A stretch of DNA of 64,000 nucleotides from Candidatus Latescibacterota bacterium (GCA_965237525.1 CBDEFO010000007.1:1-64000); one strand, 5' to 3'; positions 11,824 through 22,698 are shown, counted from the stretch's first letter. Program-made: numbers and translations. The notes: a model not told the origin generated them from the sequence alone.

Positions 11824-12714
11824 TCATAGCTCTTTGAAGAAGCCTGCACTCTCCAGAGATTGGCGCAGTTTCGCCGTCTCTTCTTCGGTGAGTGGGCCAT
11901 TGGGCGTTCGCGGTTCGCCGCATTCCAGCCCCATCCAGGCCAGAATCTGCTTGAGGCCGGCGAGGAGATCTATAACCTCCAGGGCGTTAATCAGTTCGTT
12001 GATGCGCGACTGAGTCTTGGTCATAGTCTCCAGATCCTTGGCCTGGATGGCGTTCCAAAGCTGGACGAAGAGTTGCGGCATCATATTGTACGTTGAGCCG
12101 ATACCTCCGCAGGCGCCGGCCAGAAGTCCAGCCAGCAAAACAGTGTCTTCTCCCTCAAAGATAAAGGTCTCTCTTTCCTGGGCTGAGAAAAGACCCAGTG
12201 AATAGATATCGCCGCTGGAGTCCTTCATGCCGACAATGTTCTGCACCTTGAGCAGTCGGTCAAAGAGGTCTTGGGTCATGGTGATGCCTGTGCGCTGGGG
12301 AATGTTGTAAATTAAAAGCGGGACGCCCGACGCCTCGGCTACGGCGGTGTAGTAGAGGACAAGGCCCAGCATGTCTGGCTTATAGAAGTAAGCTGGGGGC
12401 AAGGCAGCAATGGCGTCGGCGCCGACCTCACTGGCGTGCCTGGTCAGAGATAGAGTGTCAGCCGTCTGGAAGGCGCCCACGTGGGCGATGACACCGGCGT
12501 TGCTTTTGACTTCGTCCAAGACAGTTTCGAGCACCGCCCGGCGTTCTTCCTGGGTCAGCAATAGTCCTTCGCCTGTTCCGCCACAGACGTAAAAGCCATC
12601 TACTCCAGCCTTGAGTTGATACTGTACGATCTTGCGCATCGCTTCGGAGTCATAGAGGCCTTTGCTGTCGAGCGGAGTCACGATTGCGGGGTAAATTCCT
12701 TTTAATTCTCTCAG
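11824..12714 (-). CDS. DHDPS/N-acetylneuraminate lyase family aldolase
   Basis: GGTGEG, YNIP and KDSSGD motifs. The frame extends to a CTG after an AAAGGAG RBS (LRELKGIYPAIVTP). Confidence 0.85.
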   Translation of the reverse strand: MRELKGIYPAIVTPLDSKGLYDSEAMRKIVQYQLKAGVDGFYVCGGTGEGLLLTQEERRAVLETVLDEVKSNAGVIAHVGAFQTADTLSLTRHASEVGADAIAALPPAYFYKPDMLGLVLYYTAVAEASGVPLLIYNIPQRTGITMTQDLFDRLLKVQNIVGMKDSSGDIYSLGLFSAQERETFIFEGEDTVLLAGLLAGACGGIGSTYNMMPQLFVQLWNAIQAKDLETMTKTQSRINELINALEVIDLLAGLKQILAWMGLECGEPRTPNGPLTEEETAKLRQSLESAGFFKEL

Positions 12715-12813
12715 GTTCCTCTCCTTTCACATAAGAAGAAAAAGTGAAATAAATCGCTTGTCCCCCCCGATTAAATCGGGGGTTGATTCTATCGGGGAAT
12801 TGACCTTTCCGGT

Positions 12814-13674
12814 TCAGAATTTGGGGTAATTGAGGGCCAGACCTTGTACGCCCGTGTTGTCCAGACGATGGATGCATAAATTGTCGAGCGAGGCGGCGAG
12901 CATGATGTCGCAGTTCGAGCCGGCAAAGGCGATGTCGGTCGGCCCGCGCAAGGCCTCGCCCATCCAGTCGTCGACGAACAACTGGATCCACCGGCTCTCC
13001 AGATCAAAGACGTAGATCGCATCCGGACGGTGGCACGCGATCCACAGCCGGCCGTTTGTATCGAACGCGATGCCATCCGGTATGTGCCGGGGCATGTGGA
13101 CCACACGCTCGAAGGCACCGGCCGATCCATCAGCGTAGATGGCGATGCGGGCGATGGCACTGCCGAAGGTCTCCACAAAGTAGAGGTACTGCTCATCGGC
13201 GTCCAGAGCGATGGCATTGGGGGTATCCACCTGCTCTGGGTACCAGAGCACTGCCTCGCCGCCGCCGGATTTGATCTTGTAGATGTAGCCGTTTATTTCA
13301 CCGGACCAATCGCCACTGTCCGAGAGGTACATATTACCCTGACGATCGAAGGCGGGGTAGTTGGTGCAGGCAAAGGGACTCCCATCTGGACCCGTGGCGT
13401 AGGTGCTGATCTGGCCTTGGGGGTTAATCTTCAACACCTTGCCAGGCACGCATTCGGCACAGTAGAGGTTGCCGTCGGCATCCACGGCCTGACCGAGACA
13501 GCGGTTGTCAGTCCGGGCGAACTGCTCGGCTGTGTTGGTCTCCAAATCGACACGATATACCTGGCAGCCTGTTCCGGTGGTGTAGACTTCGCCTTTGGGG
13601 CCGACGGAGATGGACTCCGGATGGTCGACGCCGCTGATGTGGACGATCTTGTGCTTGTCATAGGGTTCGATCAT
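12814..13674 (-). CDS. SMP-30/gluconolactonase family protein
   Basis: HPESI, PNAIA and PDGIAFD beta-propeller motifs. Confidence 0.85.
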   Translation of the reverse strand: MIEPYDKHKIVHISGVDHPESISVGPKGEVYTTGTGCQVYRVDLETNTAEQFARTDNRCLGQAVDADGNLYCAECVPGKVLKINPQGQISTYATGPDGSPFACTNYPAFDRQGNMYLSDSGDWSGEINGYIYKIKSGGGEAVLWYPEQVDTPNAIALDADEQYLYFVETFGSAIARIAIYADGSAGAFERVVHMPRHIPDGIAFDTNGRLWIACHRPDAIYVFDLESRWIQLFVDDWMGEALRGPTDIAFAGSNCDIMLAASLDNLCIHRLDNTGVQGLALNYPKF

Positions 13675-13676
13675 GG

Positions 13677-14723
13677 TCAGTTTTCTTCCTCAAGTTCGGG
13701 GTAAAGGGGCAGGTCGATAGGCTGGCCGCCGGCCTCGGCCGAGCGGTAGGCTGCTTCCATCATCTCCACACAGCGCAGCCCCTCAACCCAGGTCAGGCAA
13801 GGTGGACGGTCCTCCTGCACCCAGCGCACGAAGTCGCTAGTCTCCAGCCGGTAGGCGTGGTCGAAGCCCAGATCGTCAAAGCGCTCGTGATTGACCTCTT
13901 CTTCGTCCAGACGCTGCCAGTAGAGGTCGATGTGGTCCAGGCGGGGCACCATCTTGAAGCCGCCGTGCCGGCATTCGGCCCATGGGCCCTGAGATTCGCG
14001 GAACTTGTGCAACGGATAGGAGAGCCCGCCGTTGATGGTGGCCAGGGCTCCGGACTCGAACCGAAACGTGGCGTGTAGGATGTCCGGGAATCTGTATCGT
14101 TCGTCGTGTTGCGGCCCGTACATGGCCGTCACCCTGGCGGCGTCCCCGCACATCGCGCGGAACCAGTCGATAACGTGCACGCCGTGCATGTGAAAGAAAC
14201 CGCCTGAGAGTTGGGGGTCCCCCCACCACGTGTCGAAGAAATCGTACGGGCGGTTATCGACGTACTCCGTGACCGTAACAGCCAGGACGTCGCCCAGCAA
14301 AGCCTCGTCGGTCAGATCGATCATGCGAGCCCAGGGTGGACGCAGCCGGCGTTTGTGGCCGATCATCAGCTTGACGTTGTGCTGCTTTATGGCCCGGACC
14401 ATCTCCCAGCACTCGGAAACGGTGCGGGCCATGGCCTTTTCACAAAACACATGCAGACCCGCTCGGGCTGCAGCGACGGTGACTTCTGCATGCGCGAAGT
14501 TGGAAGTGGTGACCGCTACGGCGTCCAACTCGCCTTTTGCGAACATTTCCTGGTAATCAGTAAAGTGCGGCACATCCAGATCCAGCGCTTTGGCCGTCTC
14601 CGCGATGCCGGATCTATTCACATCGCACAGCGCGGTGATGTCGGCCGCCTCCAGGAAATAGTTAGCAAGATGCTTGCCGAAATCACCGCATCCAATAAGT
14701 CCCAGACGGAGTTTCTGACTCAT
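13677..14723 (-). CDS. Gfo/Idh/MocA oxidoreductase
   Basis: GLIGCG, HVFCEKAMA and GVHVID motifs. Confidence 0.9.
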   Translation of the reverse strand: MSQKLRLGLIGCGDFGKHLANYFLEAADITALCDVNRSGIAETAKALDLDVPHFTDYQEMFAKGELDAVAVTTSNFAHAEVTVAAARAGLHVFCEKAMARTVSECWEMVRAIKQHNVKLMIGHKRRLRPPWARMIDLTDEALLGDVLAVTVTEYVDNRPYDFFDTWWGDPQLSGGFFHMHGVHVIDWFRAMCGDAARVTAMYGPQHDERYRFPDILHATFRFESGALATINGGLSYPLHKFRESQGPWAECRHGGFKMVPRLDHIDLYWQRLDEEEVNHERFDDLGFDHAYRLETSDFVRWVQEDRPPCLTWVEGLRCVEMMEAAYRSAEAGGQPIDLPLYPELEEEN

Positions 14724-15021
14724 GGACAGTAACCTTTCGTGTGCTCTCCTACTGCTGAGCTCTGTTGAAGTTCACACAGGACTTTCCGTTCTGGCAATAC
14801 ATTTACACTTTAAGGTTTTACTCTCTACCAAGGTGATCCTTTGATCATAATACTACCGCAGACTAAATGCTTTGTCGTACTCACATAAGAATGCAGCTGA
14901 TACGGTTAGCACAAGGGCAGTGCAATGAGTGAATAAACCAAAATATAGGAATTTCAGATGAATCTTACAGTTGATGATGGGAATCACCTGCACGTCAGGT
15001 TCATTGATCTGTTAGTAAACT

Positions 15022-15781
15022 TTACACATCTAAGATGAATCGAGCCGGGTCGCTCAAGCGCTCGTACGTCTCTGGAAGAATATATTTCCTTTGATCGGTC
15101 TGTTGAGGCTGGTTCCGACGGCAAAAATAGGCGTGCATGGCGCGACGAGGTGCATCACTTTCATTTAGTGTTCCGCCGTGCCAGGTGTGTGAATTAAAGA
15201 TTACAACGGTGCCTGCAGGCGCATTCAATTGGATCTCATCCGGATGAGTGTCCATCGGATCGTCCATTGCATCAATCGGTAGTTTGCCGCTGCGGTGTGA
15301 TCCTGGTACTATGCGCGTCGCTCCATTCTCCGAGGTGAAATCATCCAGTAGCCAGATCGAATTGCATACATAATAATCACCAGAGAGATGCGGCCTTCTT
15401 CCCATCGACATGCAGTGTCTACCTGCCATATCCGGACACTGCAAAACGACTATTTAATGACGAAAGTTTAAAGTGTGTTCCCAAGACATGTGCGATTGCG
15501 GCAAGTACTTGTGAATGAGTAAAGCTTATGTCGAACATCGGATCCTTGTTCACCAGATCGCTCAGCCTGGCCGTTCCGGTTTCTTGTTGAACTTCTTTGC
15601 CCGCCTCGTCTCCTTCGAGTTCTGCTAATTTGTCCAGACGCAAAGCGATTGCCTTAACTTGTTCCTCGGTAAGAATTCCTGAAAGGGGTAGATAACCGTT
15701 TTCGTCCAGGAAGGATTTCTGCTGGAAAGGTAATTTATCTTCGCGGACACCTAATTCGTAAAGTGCTTCTTCCATGTTCAT
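15022..15781 (-). pseudogene. Phytanoyl-CoA dioxygenase (PhyH) family protein, frameshifted
   Basis: FLDENGY in ORF 15419-15781; LLDDFTSENGATRIVPGSH and TWHGG in ORF 15022-15444. Confidence 0.8.
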
Positions 15782-16116
15782 TATTATGACTCCCGTGCAA
15801 TTTCATCAGCAGTAATTGATACTTATAGCTGAAGTCCAATTGCAGAATGCGATTTCAATTTAAATATAGTTCTTTGCCCTCTAAAAGGCAATCACATTAT
15901 CAGACTCGATGGCTATCCAGTTCTCTTCAGAAACATCGTTCGAGCAGAAGCGAAGTGACGCATCGAGACCAGGCAGGACACCTGAGTATCCCAATTGTCT
16001 TGATTTCAATACATTTAACAACTGTACCTTGAAAAGCTCTGAATGGGATTCAAATCAACGCACACTCAACCCCAGACTGAGAACTTAATATAAGATCAGA
16101 ATAGTCTGGACAGATT

Positions 16117-16259
16117 ACCAGATTGCTTCGCTTCCCCACCCCCAAGTGAATCCCCGATAGACTCAATCGGGGACTCGGAATGACGCTTGATCTGTATCTT
16201 TCAACTGCTTGGCTTGGATCCTGGGTCATTGCTAGGGGCGTTAGCCCCGAAGCAATTTC
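16117..16259. repeat. GTCATT...GCAAT-type (CGTC-like) REP doublet, one arm carrying the 21-bp palindrome
   Basis: GATTGCTTCGC...CTCGGAATGAC and GTCATTGCTAGGGGCGTTAGCCCCGAAGCAAT. Confidence 0.65.
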
Positions 16260-16676
16260 ACATATCTTCCGACTTAACATATCCGACAACTCTTGTCAAG
16301 CTACTCAAATGATCCTGTATCTTCCCTGATTCCTATTGACATCGTCTATCTTCTTTTGTATTTTCTCTCACATTGATCTGCGCACGGGATCCTATTTGCC
16401 ATAAGTAATGACAACGGACGAGGGTCTTTGTGGAGAACACATCGCTGCGGATGAGCAATCGTAATTTTAGACGTCATTTCTGGAGACCAAACTTTAGGAG
16501 CCATGGGTACCCGTGAGCTGGAAGGTGGAAATGCAACTTTAGCTATCAGAAGCAGAGCCAGATCGACGGCGTGTGGTAGGAGTGGGGAGAAGGGCACAAG
16601 CGCCCAGGCCGAGCAAGATCATCCCTCTTTACTATGAACGCGCATACGAAGTGAACTACGTTGCCTTCCCGAAGAA

Positions 16677-18821
16677 GTGAACGTCCAAGTACACGGAAAC
16701 GGAGGTGAAGCCGTGCGAATTGATCCCATCGAAATGAGCATTCAAAGCATAGACCGTAACGAGCAAAGATCCTTCCCCATCGGCTCTGTCTCCGGGGCAA
16801 GATTTGCCTCCCGTGACGTCGCGGGCATGCGCAAACGACTGGACGAAACCCTCGAACAGGACGGAAAATTTACCGGTGCGACCCGAACCAACCCATCCAT
16901 TTTCCACGTTGGGCGCTACCTTCTGACTCAGAGTTCAAAGTTCGAAGTGCAGGGACCGCTGACCGGCGGTGAGGCAGAGGCAGTCGCTATCCGAGGAGGT
17001 GATGAGGTGTTTATCTCAGTCGGAAGCGATCAATGTGATCGTGAACTTGGCTCGCTGTTCCCCGACAAGCCCAAGCAGATGTGCCCTCACCCCATTGCTT
17101 CGATTGCCTGGCCGTACAGGGAGGTACGCGATCACTGGGACAGCCTTCGGATCTACAGCCACGTGGTGACTCGCGGACACACCGTACCGATCCAGGACAG
17201 TGCGCTGTCCGAGTTAGTCGATCTCGAATATCTGCTGGCGATTCATGCGGTCACGACGCTGGCCGATCCGATGATTCTGTATTGTGGGGCCGCGCCCTCA
17301 CTGGACTCTGCTGCCCAAGCGGTAAAGCAGTATGGCCTGCCGGAGGAAACGGCTAAGGGAGTTGGTGAGGAATTCTTCGTCCGGTTGCACGACCCCGTAC
17401 TCGATCGCATGATCGAACATCGATACAGCGCCATACCGCTCGATGATGACCTGGCCGAGCGACGTGACCTTCCTGGGGTTTCCAAAGACAGAAAGGGTCC
17501 GAAAAACCGGTCGGAGATAACGATTTTTTGCACAGAGAGGAGTGAACAAATGGAACACAAAGACACGACAGATTCACCGAGCTTGTATGTGGCGCTTAGC
17601 CACGCCCCTGTGCGTGCCGCTGGAAATGATGTCGATCTCTCAATTTACCGGAGCGCCGGTGAGATCAGCTATGGTAAGTTTAAGTACAAGGCTCCCGCCG
17701 AGGGTTTTGTTCAAGTTGGTCTACCCCACGGGACGGAGACCGAATGGACCGACGACTTCGAGATTGCCTACACAAAAGTGGGAGACAAAGGTCCACTCGT
17801 GCTCTTCCTGCACGGTGTCCCCACCAATAGGGCACAATGGGCGGAGATCCAGAGACACGTGGGCAGATTCTGCGAAACCATCGCCATCGACATGCTCGGA
17901 ATGGGTGAGAGCACCCAACCTCGTCAGTACGGCAAGAAAACGGACAAGCGCGACAACGATCTGTGGTACTGGAAACGCGACGTAGACTACATTGAAAAGC
18001 TCATGCAACAAGAGTACCTTGGTCGCAAGTTTATCTTCGTCGCTGATGACTGGGGAAGTGGTATCAACTCTCAGTATGCGGCCAAGCACAACGACCGTCT
18101 GGAGGCTTTCGTTCAACTGGATGCCATCGCGTTCGATGGATACCCGGTCAACGAGATCCAGGCCATCGGCCGCGCTTCACAGATCCCGAACACACCGGAA
18201 GGCGACGAGATGTTTGCCGCGGCATTCGGCGCGTTCGATCAGACTCTCGTGCAGATCTACAAGACGATGGTTTATGATCCCACAGTCTACAACCAATACA
18301 ACCTGCGATGGATCACATTCCCCTATGTGGACGTGGATTACGAAAGGAACCGCGCGGGTGATGGAGTCACGGATGTTGCGAAATCCACTACTCTCAGATT
18401 GAAGATGCACAACATCCGCGTGCTTGCCGATCGTGCTGCAATACTCAGCCCAGCTCTACTTTTGCCCTATGACGCTGAAAAGAACCCAGAGGGTATCAAA
18501 TACGATAATATTACTGTACCTACGCTTATTATGTGGGGAGAGTATGACAATATGATGCCTGCAGCTCAAACCCAACGATTTGCCAACGTTCTCGGTACAG
18601 ACGACGTTCAATTAACGTTAGTGCCCCGTGCTGGCCATTTCGCCGGAACCGATCAACCCAAGTTCGTCGCAGATACCATCGTTAACTTTATCCGCCGTGT
18701 AAAGGGCCGCGAGGCCATGGCTGATATCAATCTTGGTAACGAAGGTATCTGGAAGGGGGATGAACGCCTCATGATCGAGGATCTCCGAGCAATTTATGGG
18801 ATTAAGGCTGAATCCCAATAA
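16677..18821 (+). CDS. DUF2848 (FAH-like) domain fused to an alpha/beta hydrolase
   Basis: N-terminal TGGEAE, VGSDQCDRE, KPKQMCP and DHWD; C-terminal FLHGVP, DMLGMGES, ADDWGSG, WGEYD and AGHF; internal RBS plus ATG at 17550. Confidence 0.7.
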   Translation: MNVQVHGNGGEAVRIDPIEMSIQSIDRNEQRSFPIGSVSGARFASRDVAGMRKRLDETLEQDGKFTGATRTNPSIFHVGRYLLTQSSKFEVQGPLTGGEAEAVAIRGGDEVFISVGSDQCDRELGSLFPDKPKQMCPHPIASIAWPYREVRDHWDSLRIYSHVVTRGHTVPIQDSALSELVDLEYLLAIHAVTTLADPMILYCGAAPSLDSAAQAVKQYGLPEETAKGVGEEFFVRLHDPVLDRMIEHRYSAIPLDDDLAERRDLPGVSKDRKGPKNRSEITIFCTERSEQMEHKDTTDSPSLYVALSHAPVRAAGNDVDLSIYRSAGEISYGKFKYKAPAEGFVQVGLPHGTETEWTDDFEIAYTKVGDKGPLVLFLHGVPTNRAQWAEIQRHVGRFCETIAIDMLGMGESTQPRQYGKKTDKRDNDLWYWKRDVDYIEKLMQQEYLGRKFIFVADDWGSGINSQYAAKHNDRLEAFVQLDAIAFDGYPVNEIQAIGRASQIPNTPEGDEMFAAAFGAFDQTLVQIYKTMVYDPTVYNQYNLRWITFPYVDVDYERNRAGDGVTDVAKSTTLRLKMHNIRVLADRAAILSPALLLPYDAEKNPEGIKYDNITVPTLIMWGEYDNMMPAAQTQRFANVLGTDDVQLTLVPRAGHFAGTDQPKFVADTIVNFIRRVKGREAMADINLGNEGIWKGDERLMIEDLRAIYGIKAESQ

Positions 18822-19510
18822 TAAAGCTCATTGGAGCGGATAATGGAGCCGGTGGCGGGGACGAAAACAGGTTATCAAAGGACCGTTTGCCCCCGGGATC
18901 CTACGAGTGGTGAGACTGGTCATTCAGTAAACCATTCGATTGAATCGCGCATGGTCATGCCGCCAAATGCGTATATGAGTTTGGCAGCTCATACCAAAAG
19001 GAATGGTTTTGGCACAGCCCAAGTTTGCCAGCCCGGCAGGTTAGAACGTGGAACTTGTACACTTTCCTTCTAGCCCAAATTTCCAGCGCTTCACAGTAAA
19101 CCGTTAACTCGCTCTGTCCACCTGTGTTCTTCTATTTCATAGTTGGTGTACTCCTTTCACCCGACCCTCAGGTGGTGACAGAACAAATCTACTCGGCAAT
19201 GCAGGCCAGGATTACGTCTTCCATGAAGATTACGTCTTCCATATTGAGGACCTTATCCCACTGTAATACTCTATTACCAGGTGAAGCAATTGAGACTGTT
19301 TTGAGTGAGCAAGTAGGGTTCAGACTGGGATTTTAAAGCCCCCAGGCAAAGCGTGGGGGCTCTTTACTATCCTACGGAAGCGGTGGACAACAATGCTAAT
19401 GTGGTGGCCCTCAGGGAGCAGTGAAAGGGCGTGGATGATTTTCTGTGTGTTACCCTGGGGACGGACATAGGAGGAGAAGCCATATCTGATACTATTACTT
19501 TTACTCACCA

Positions 19511-20182
19511 CTAGGGGTTGCAAGGATCCATTTGTTCGCCACAAGGAGCGACAGTATTGGCGAACACGTCGATGCCCACTTTGATGTTTTCATCTAACTT
19601 GAGGATTACTATCGTGGGAACTTTGATGTTATAGTCTGAGAGCTTTATGATGAAAGAACCCTCGACCCGCATCAAATCCCCGGGGAGCTTTGCGCGCGTC
19701 GCTTCGCTCTCCTTGAAGTAGGTGACCTTTAAGTCCATCTGCTCTTTACGCTTGACACCGTGGAGGTCAAATGTCCCCTCAGCTACAAGATCTATTGTCT
19801 CCCGATCCGCCAGAGCGTCCTTAGAGGTTGAGATGATCTTGTCAAATGTAAATACAGCCTTGGGAAATTTTTCTGTCTCAAGGTATTTATCCCGCACATG
19901 CTCGTCTCTCAGGTCTATTCCTGTCTTCATGCTTGCTAAATTGACCTCAAACTTGGCGGAAGTCCCATCCTTGATGTTGGTCGGATCGACTCTAATATCC
20001 CCCGTGATCTGATTGGTAATCCCGACGATGGTCTCCAAAGGAGCGTGGGATTCGAATCTCATCACGTTCCGCCCTACCTTGTCCTGAGCGTAGAACGTGG
20101 TGGTACCAGCCAGAACTATTGAGGATAATATCAAATATAGGAGTGCGCTGAAGACGAGAGTCCTAAAGATGATTTTTCTCAT
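19511..20182 (-). CDS. YceI-family protein with signal peptide
   Basis: TGIDLRDEH, FDLHGVK and LSDYNI motifs; GGAGGT RBS before ATG 20182; IS inserted directly upstream of the RBS. Confidence 0.85.
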   Translation of the reverse strand: MRKIIFRTLVFSALLYLILSSIVLAGTTTFYAQDKVGRNVMRFESHAPLETIVGITNQITGDIRVDPTNIKDGTSAKFEVNLASMKTGIDLRDEHVRDKYLETEKFPKAVFTFDKIISTSKDALADRETIDLVAEGTFDLHGVKRKEQMDLKVTYFKESEATRAKLPGDLMRVEGSFIIKLSDYNIKVPTIVILKLDENIKVGIDVFANTVAPCGEQMDPCNP

Positions 20183-20196
20183 ATTTACCTCCTTAG

Positions 20197-21715
20197 AAGC
20201 CTTGTGAAAAACCCTTAGATTCAGAAAGTAGTATAGAACAAGCATTGATAAAGCAGTTCCGATGTATTATATTATGTTATTGATAATATTATACATGGAG
20301 GAAACAATGACCCCACAAAAGCAGGAACAGACAAATCCGATGTTTCACTATTTTCAGATGGAGGATTTAGTTCCCGAGGATCATATCCTTCGTCAGATTG
20401 ATGAGGCAGTTGATTTTTCATTTGTACGAGACGTTGTATCAGATTGTTATTGCCCTGACAATGGCAGACCCGGTATTGATCCTGAATTAGTTGTTCGAAT
20501 GATCCTTATTGGCTATCTGTATAATTTGAGTGAGAATCGGCTCTGTCAGGAAGTGGGGATGCATGCGGCATATCGGTTGTTTTGTCATCAGACATTTGAT
20601 GATGCGGTTCCGGATAGGAGCACGATCAACAAGCTTCGCAATCACAAGTGGGCATCCAGTGGGTTGTTTGAACGGATAATGCGTCAGGTAGTCCAGTGTT
20701 GCATAGATGTCGGTCTTGTGAGCGGTAAACACCTTAGTGTCGACGGCACTCAGATACAAGCTGATGCTTCAGTGAAAAGTATTGAGCCGATAGAACCCCC
20801 TTTTTCTCTTGATGATTATCTCAAGGGAATCGGTTTTGAAGGTGATAAGACAAAGGGTAGGTCCGGGCATCCTCAGGATAAAGACTTTCATGGTGAAAAG
20901 TGGACGAACCAAACACACCGTTCGACTACAGACCCCGACGCGCGCTTATACAGCAAATCGAAGGGCAAAGGGGCTTTTCTCTCGTTTATGGGCCATGATC
21001 TGATCGACACAAAAAGCAGAGTAATCCTTGAGACTCAGGGCACGCAGGCGACAGGGACAGCAGAGCCCGAAAGTGCCCTTAAGATGGTAGATGACCTTGA
21101 AACATACACCATGCCCAAAGACATTCAGACACTTAGTGCCGATACCGGTTACGGTTCTGGTAATTTTATCGCTGATGTACTTGACCGGGGAATCATACCC
21201 CATATTCCTCTGCGAGCCGATGAGAAGATTGAACCGATTCCTACATGGAAAAACAAGACAAATTCAGCACATATTCAGGCCGAACGGGATAGAAAAGTGC
21301 GAGAGGCGAAAGCCAGAAATCATGCACGGTCTATCTCATTAACAGCTGACTACAAACTCTCCCGGAGACTCCGTAAACGCAGTGAACATATCTTTGCTGA
21401 AGCCAGGCAACAACACGGTATGGGACGAGCCCGTTATAGAGGACCAGCCTCACTGAATGAACAGTTGAATCTTGTTGCAACAGTACAGAATCTCAAGAGG
21501 CTTGTATCTTTCATAAGAAGGGGGAAAGCGTCTATGTGTGCCCTGTCTGTCAAAGACAGTGCATCCTGTTCTTCAAACAGCTCCTGTTCCTTGCTGACCA
21601 GAACTCTGATAAGACTATTTTGCTTATTCCACAGCAAAACGATACGATATGCTACTCTTTGACCCATAATCGGCGCTTCAGACGCTGCCTGGGACATAAC
21701 TATTTCACAAGGCTT
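20197..21715 (+). mobile_element. IS1182/IS5-like element copy 1 (1519 bp), TSD TTAG
   Basis: TIRs AAGCCTTGTGAAA and TTTCACAAGGCTT; TTAG on both sides. Confidence 0.95.
20307..21662 (+). CDS. IS1182-family DDE transposase (DUF772 plus DDE)
   Basis: GRPGIDP, SVDGT, STTDPDAR, ADTGYG and RKRSEHIF motifs; GGAGG RBS before MTPQ. Confidence 0.9.
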   Translation: MTPQKQEQTNPMFHYFQMEDLVPEDHILRQIDEAVDFSFVRDVVSDCYCPDNGRPGIDPELVVRMILIGYLYNLSENRLCQEVGMHAAYRLFCHQTFDDAVPDRSTINKLRNHKWASSGLFERIMRQVVQCCIDVGLVSGKHLSVDGTQIQADASVKSIEPIEPPFSLDDYLKGIGFEGDKTKGRSGHPQDKDFHGEKWTNQTHRSTTDPDARLYSKSKGKGAFLSFMGHDLIDTKSRVILETQGTQATGTAEPESALKMVDDLETYTMPKDIQTLSADTGYGSGNFIADVLDRGIIPHIPLRADEKIEPIPTWKNKTNSAHIQAERDRKVREAKARNHARSISLTADYKLSRRLRKRSEHIFAEARQQHGMGRARYRGPASLNEQLNLVATVQNLKRLVSFIRRGKASMCALSVKDSASCSSNSSCSLLTRTLIRLFCLFHSKTIRYATL

Positions 21716-21854
21716 TTAGAGAGTTGATTGTTTTTTACCTATCTTCTTATGGAATCAAGATCTGTGGACAAGAGAGAAAGACCGCCATTTCTAACGAGTT
21801 GTGTATTCGATACTCTGTGAATTTTTGAGAAAAGCGCTAAGGAGTCTATTTCAT

Positions 21855-21896
21855 TAAGATTAGGTCCCTAAGATTAGGTCCATAAGATTAGGTCCC
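21855..21896. repeat. 14-bp tandem repeat, three copies (TAAGATTAGGTCC[C/A])
   Basis: Read directly from the sequence. Confidence 0.9.
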
Positions 21897-22105
21897 TCGT
21901 TTTCACAAATCCATTAGCCTCCATCCGATACAGATACACGCCACTGGCAAGGCTCTTTTGATTGTCATCTTTGCCTTCCCATACAAAAGAGTAGCTACCG
22001 GCTCATCTGTGACCATCCACCAGTGTCGCAGCCTTCTACCCCATCATATTATAGACAGATATATCGACGTGGCTTCCAAAAGGAAGATGGTAATGGATCA
22101 CTATA
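21880..22105 (-). pseudogene. FlgD-Ig/secretion C-terminal sorting-type domain remnant with two in-frame stops
   Basis: Manual translation IHYHLP...ISVYNMMG*KAATLVDGHR*AGSYSFVWEGKDD..SLASGVYLYRM. Confidence 0.7.
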
Positions 22106-22489
22106 TCAGAGTTTATCTTTTAACCCGTTTTCTTCCGCTTTTGCAAGAGATTTTATAATTTCTTCTTTCAGTTCAGTCAGGTTTGAGGATTTAACGATAT
22201 AGGCGTCGGCCGACCAGCTCATAAAATTGTCCTTGTAGTTGGCATACGCCGTATTGAGTATGACCGGCATTTTGTTATCCCCCGCGAGTATTCTCTCCAT
22301 TGCCTCTATACCGTCCATTCGGGGCATAACTATGTCCAGGACCACAAGGTCTGGGCGGCTTTCCTGAACCTTATCGAGGGCTTCCTGTCCGCCTGATGCG
22401 AGGACCACGTTGTAGCCGTTATCTGTGAGCTCCTGCTCGTAGAGGAGCTTCTGATTTAGGTCGTCATCCACCACTAATATAGTCTTCAC
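22106..22489 (-). CDS. Single-domain response regulator
   Basis: ILVVDDD, LDIVMPRMDG and YIVKS motifs; GGAGGTG RBS. Confidence 0.9.
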   Translation of the reverse strand: MKTILVVDDDLNQKLLYEQELTDNGYNVVLASGGQEALDKVQESRPDLVVLDIVMPRMDGIEAMERILAGDNKMPVILNTAYANYKDNFMSWSADAYIVKSSNLTELKEEIIKSLAKAEENGLKDKL

Positions 22490-22491
22490 TT

Positions 22492-22698
22492 TTAATCACC
22501 TCCTTCGGGTTGATCCCCGAAAGAATCCATCGGGGACTGATCCCGCGATTCGGGGTTGATTGCGGGGAGAAGGATAGTCAGAGTCATCCCGATCTCCTCT
22601 GTGCGGTGGACATCTATCTTCTCCCCGTGATCATCTATTTCCAAATTATCTATTCTTTTGATCTTTTCGAAATCTGAGCATACACCACCTTTTGTCAT
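22492..22698 (-). pseudogene. Probable remnant of a histidine kinase C-terminus
   Basis: HGEKIDV...GMTLTILLP resembles the end of an HATPase_c domain; contains a palindrome copy. Confidence 0.4.

Noticed and set aside
19050..19190. Possible IS256-like transposase N-terminal remnant (minus strand)
   Set aside because: It is too short and degenerate (ELTVYCEALEIWARRKV), and no ends could be defined.
20183..20245. Extended YceI N-terminus in the ORF track
   Set aside because: It derives from the IS end; the real start follows the RBS at 20182.
21855..21896. Mini-CRISPR or iterons
   Set aside because: These are head-to-tail 14-mers without spacers at a pseudogene end; slippage duplication is the simpler explanation.
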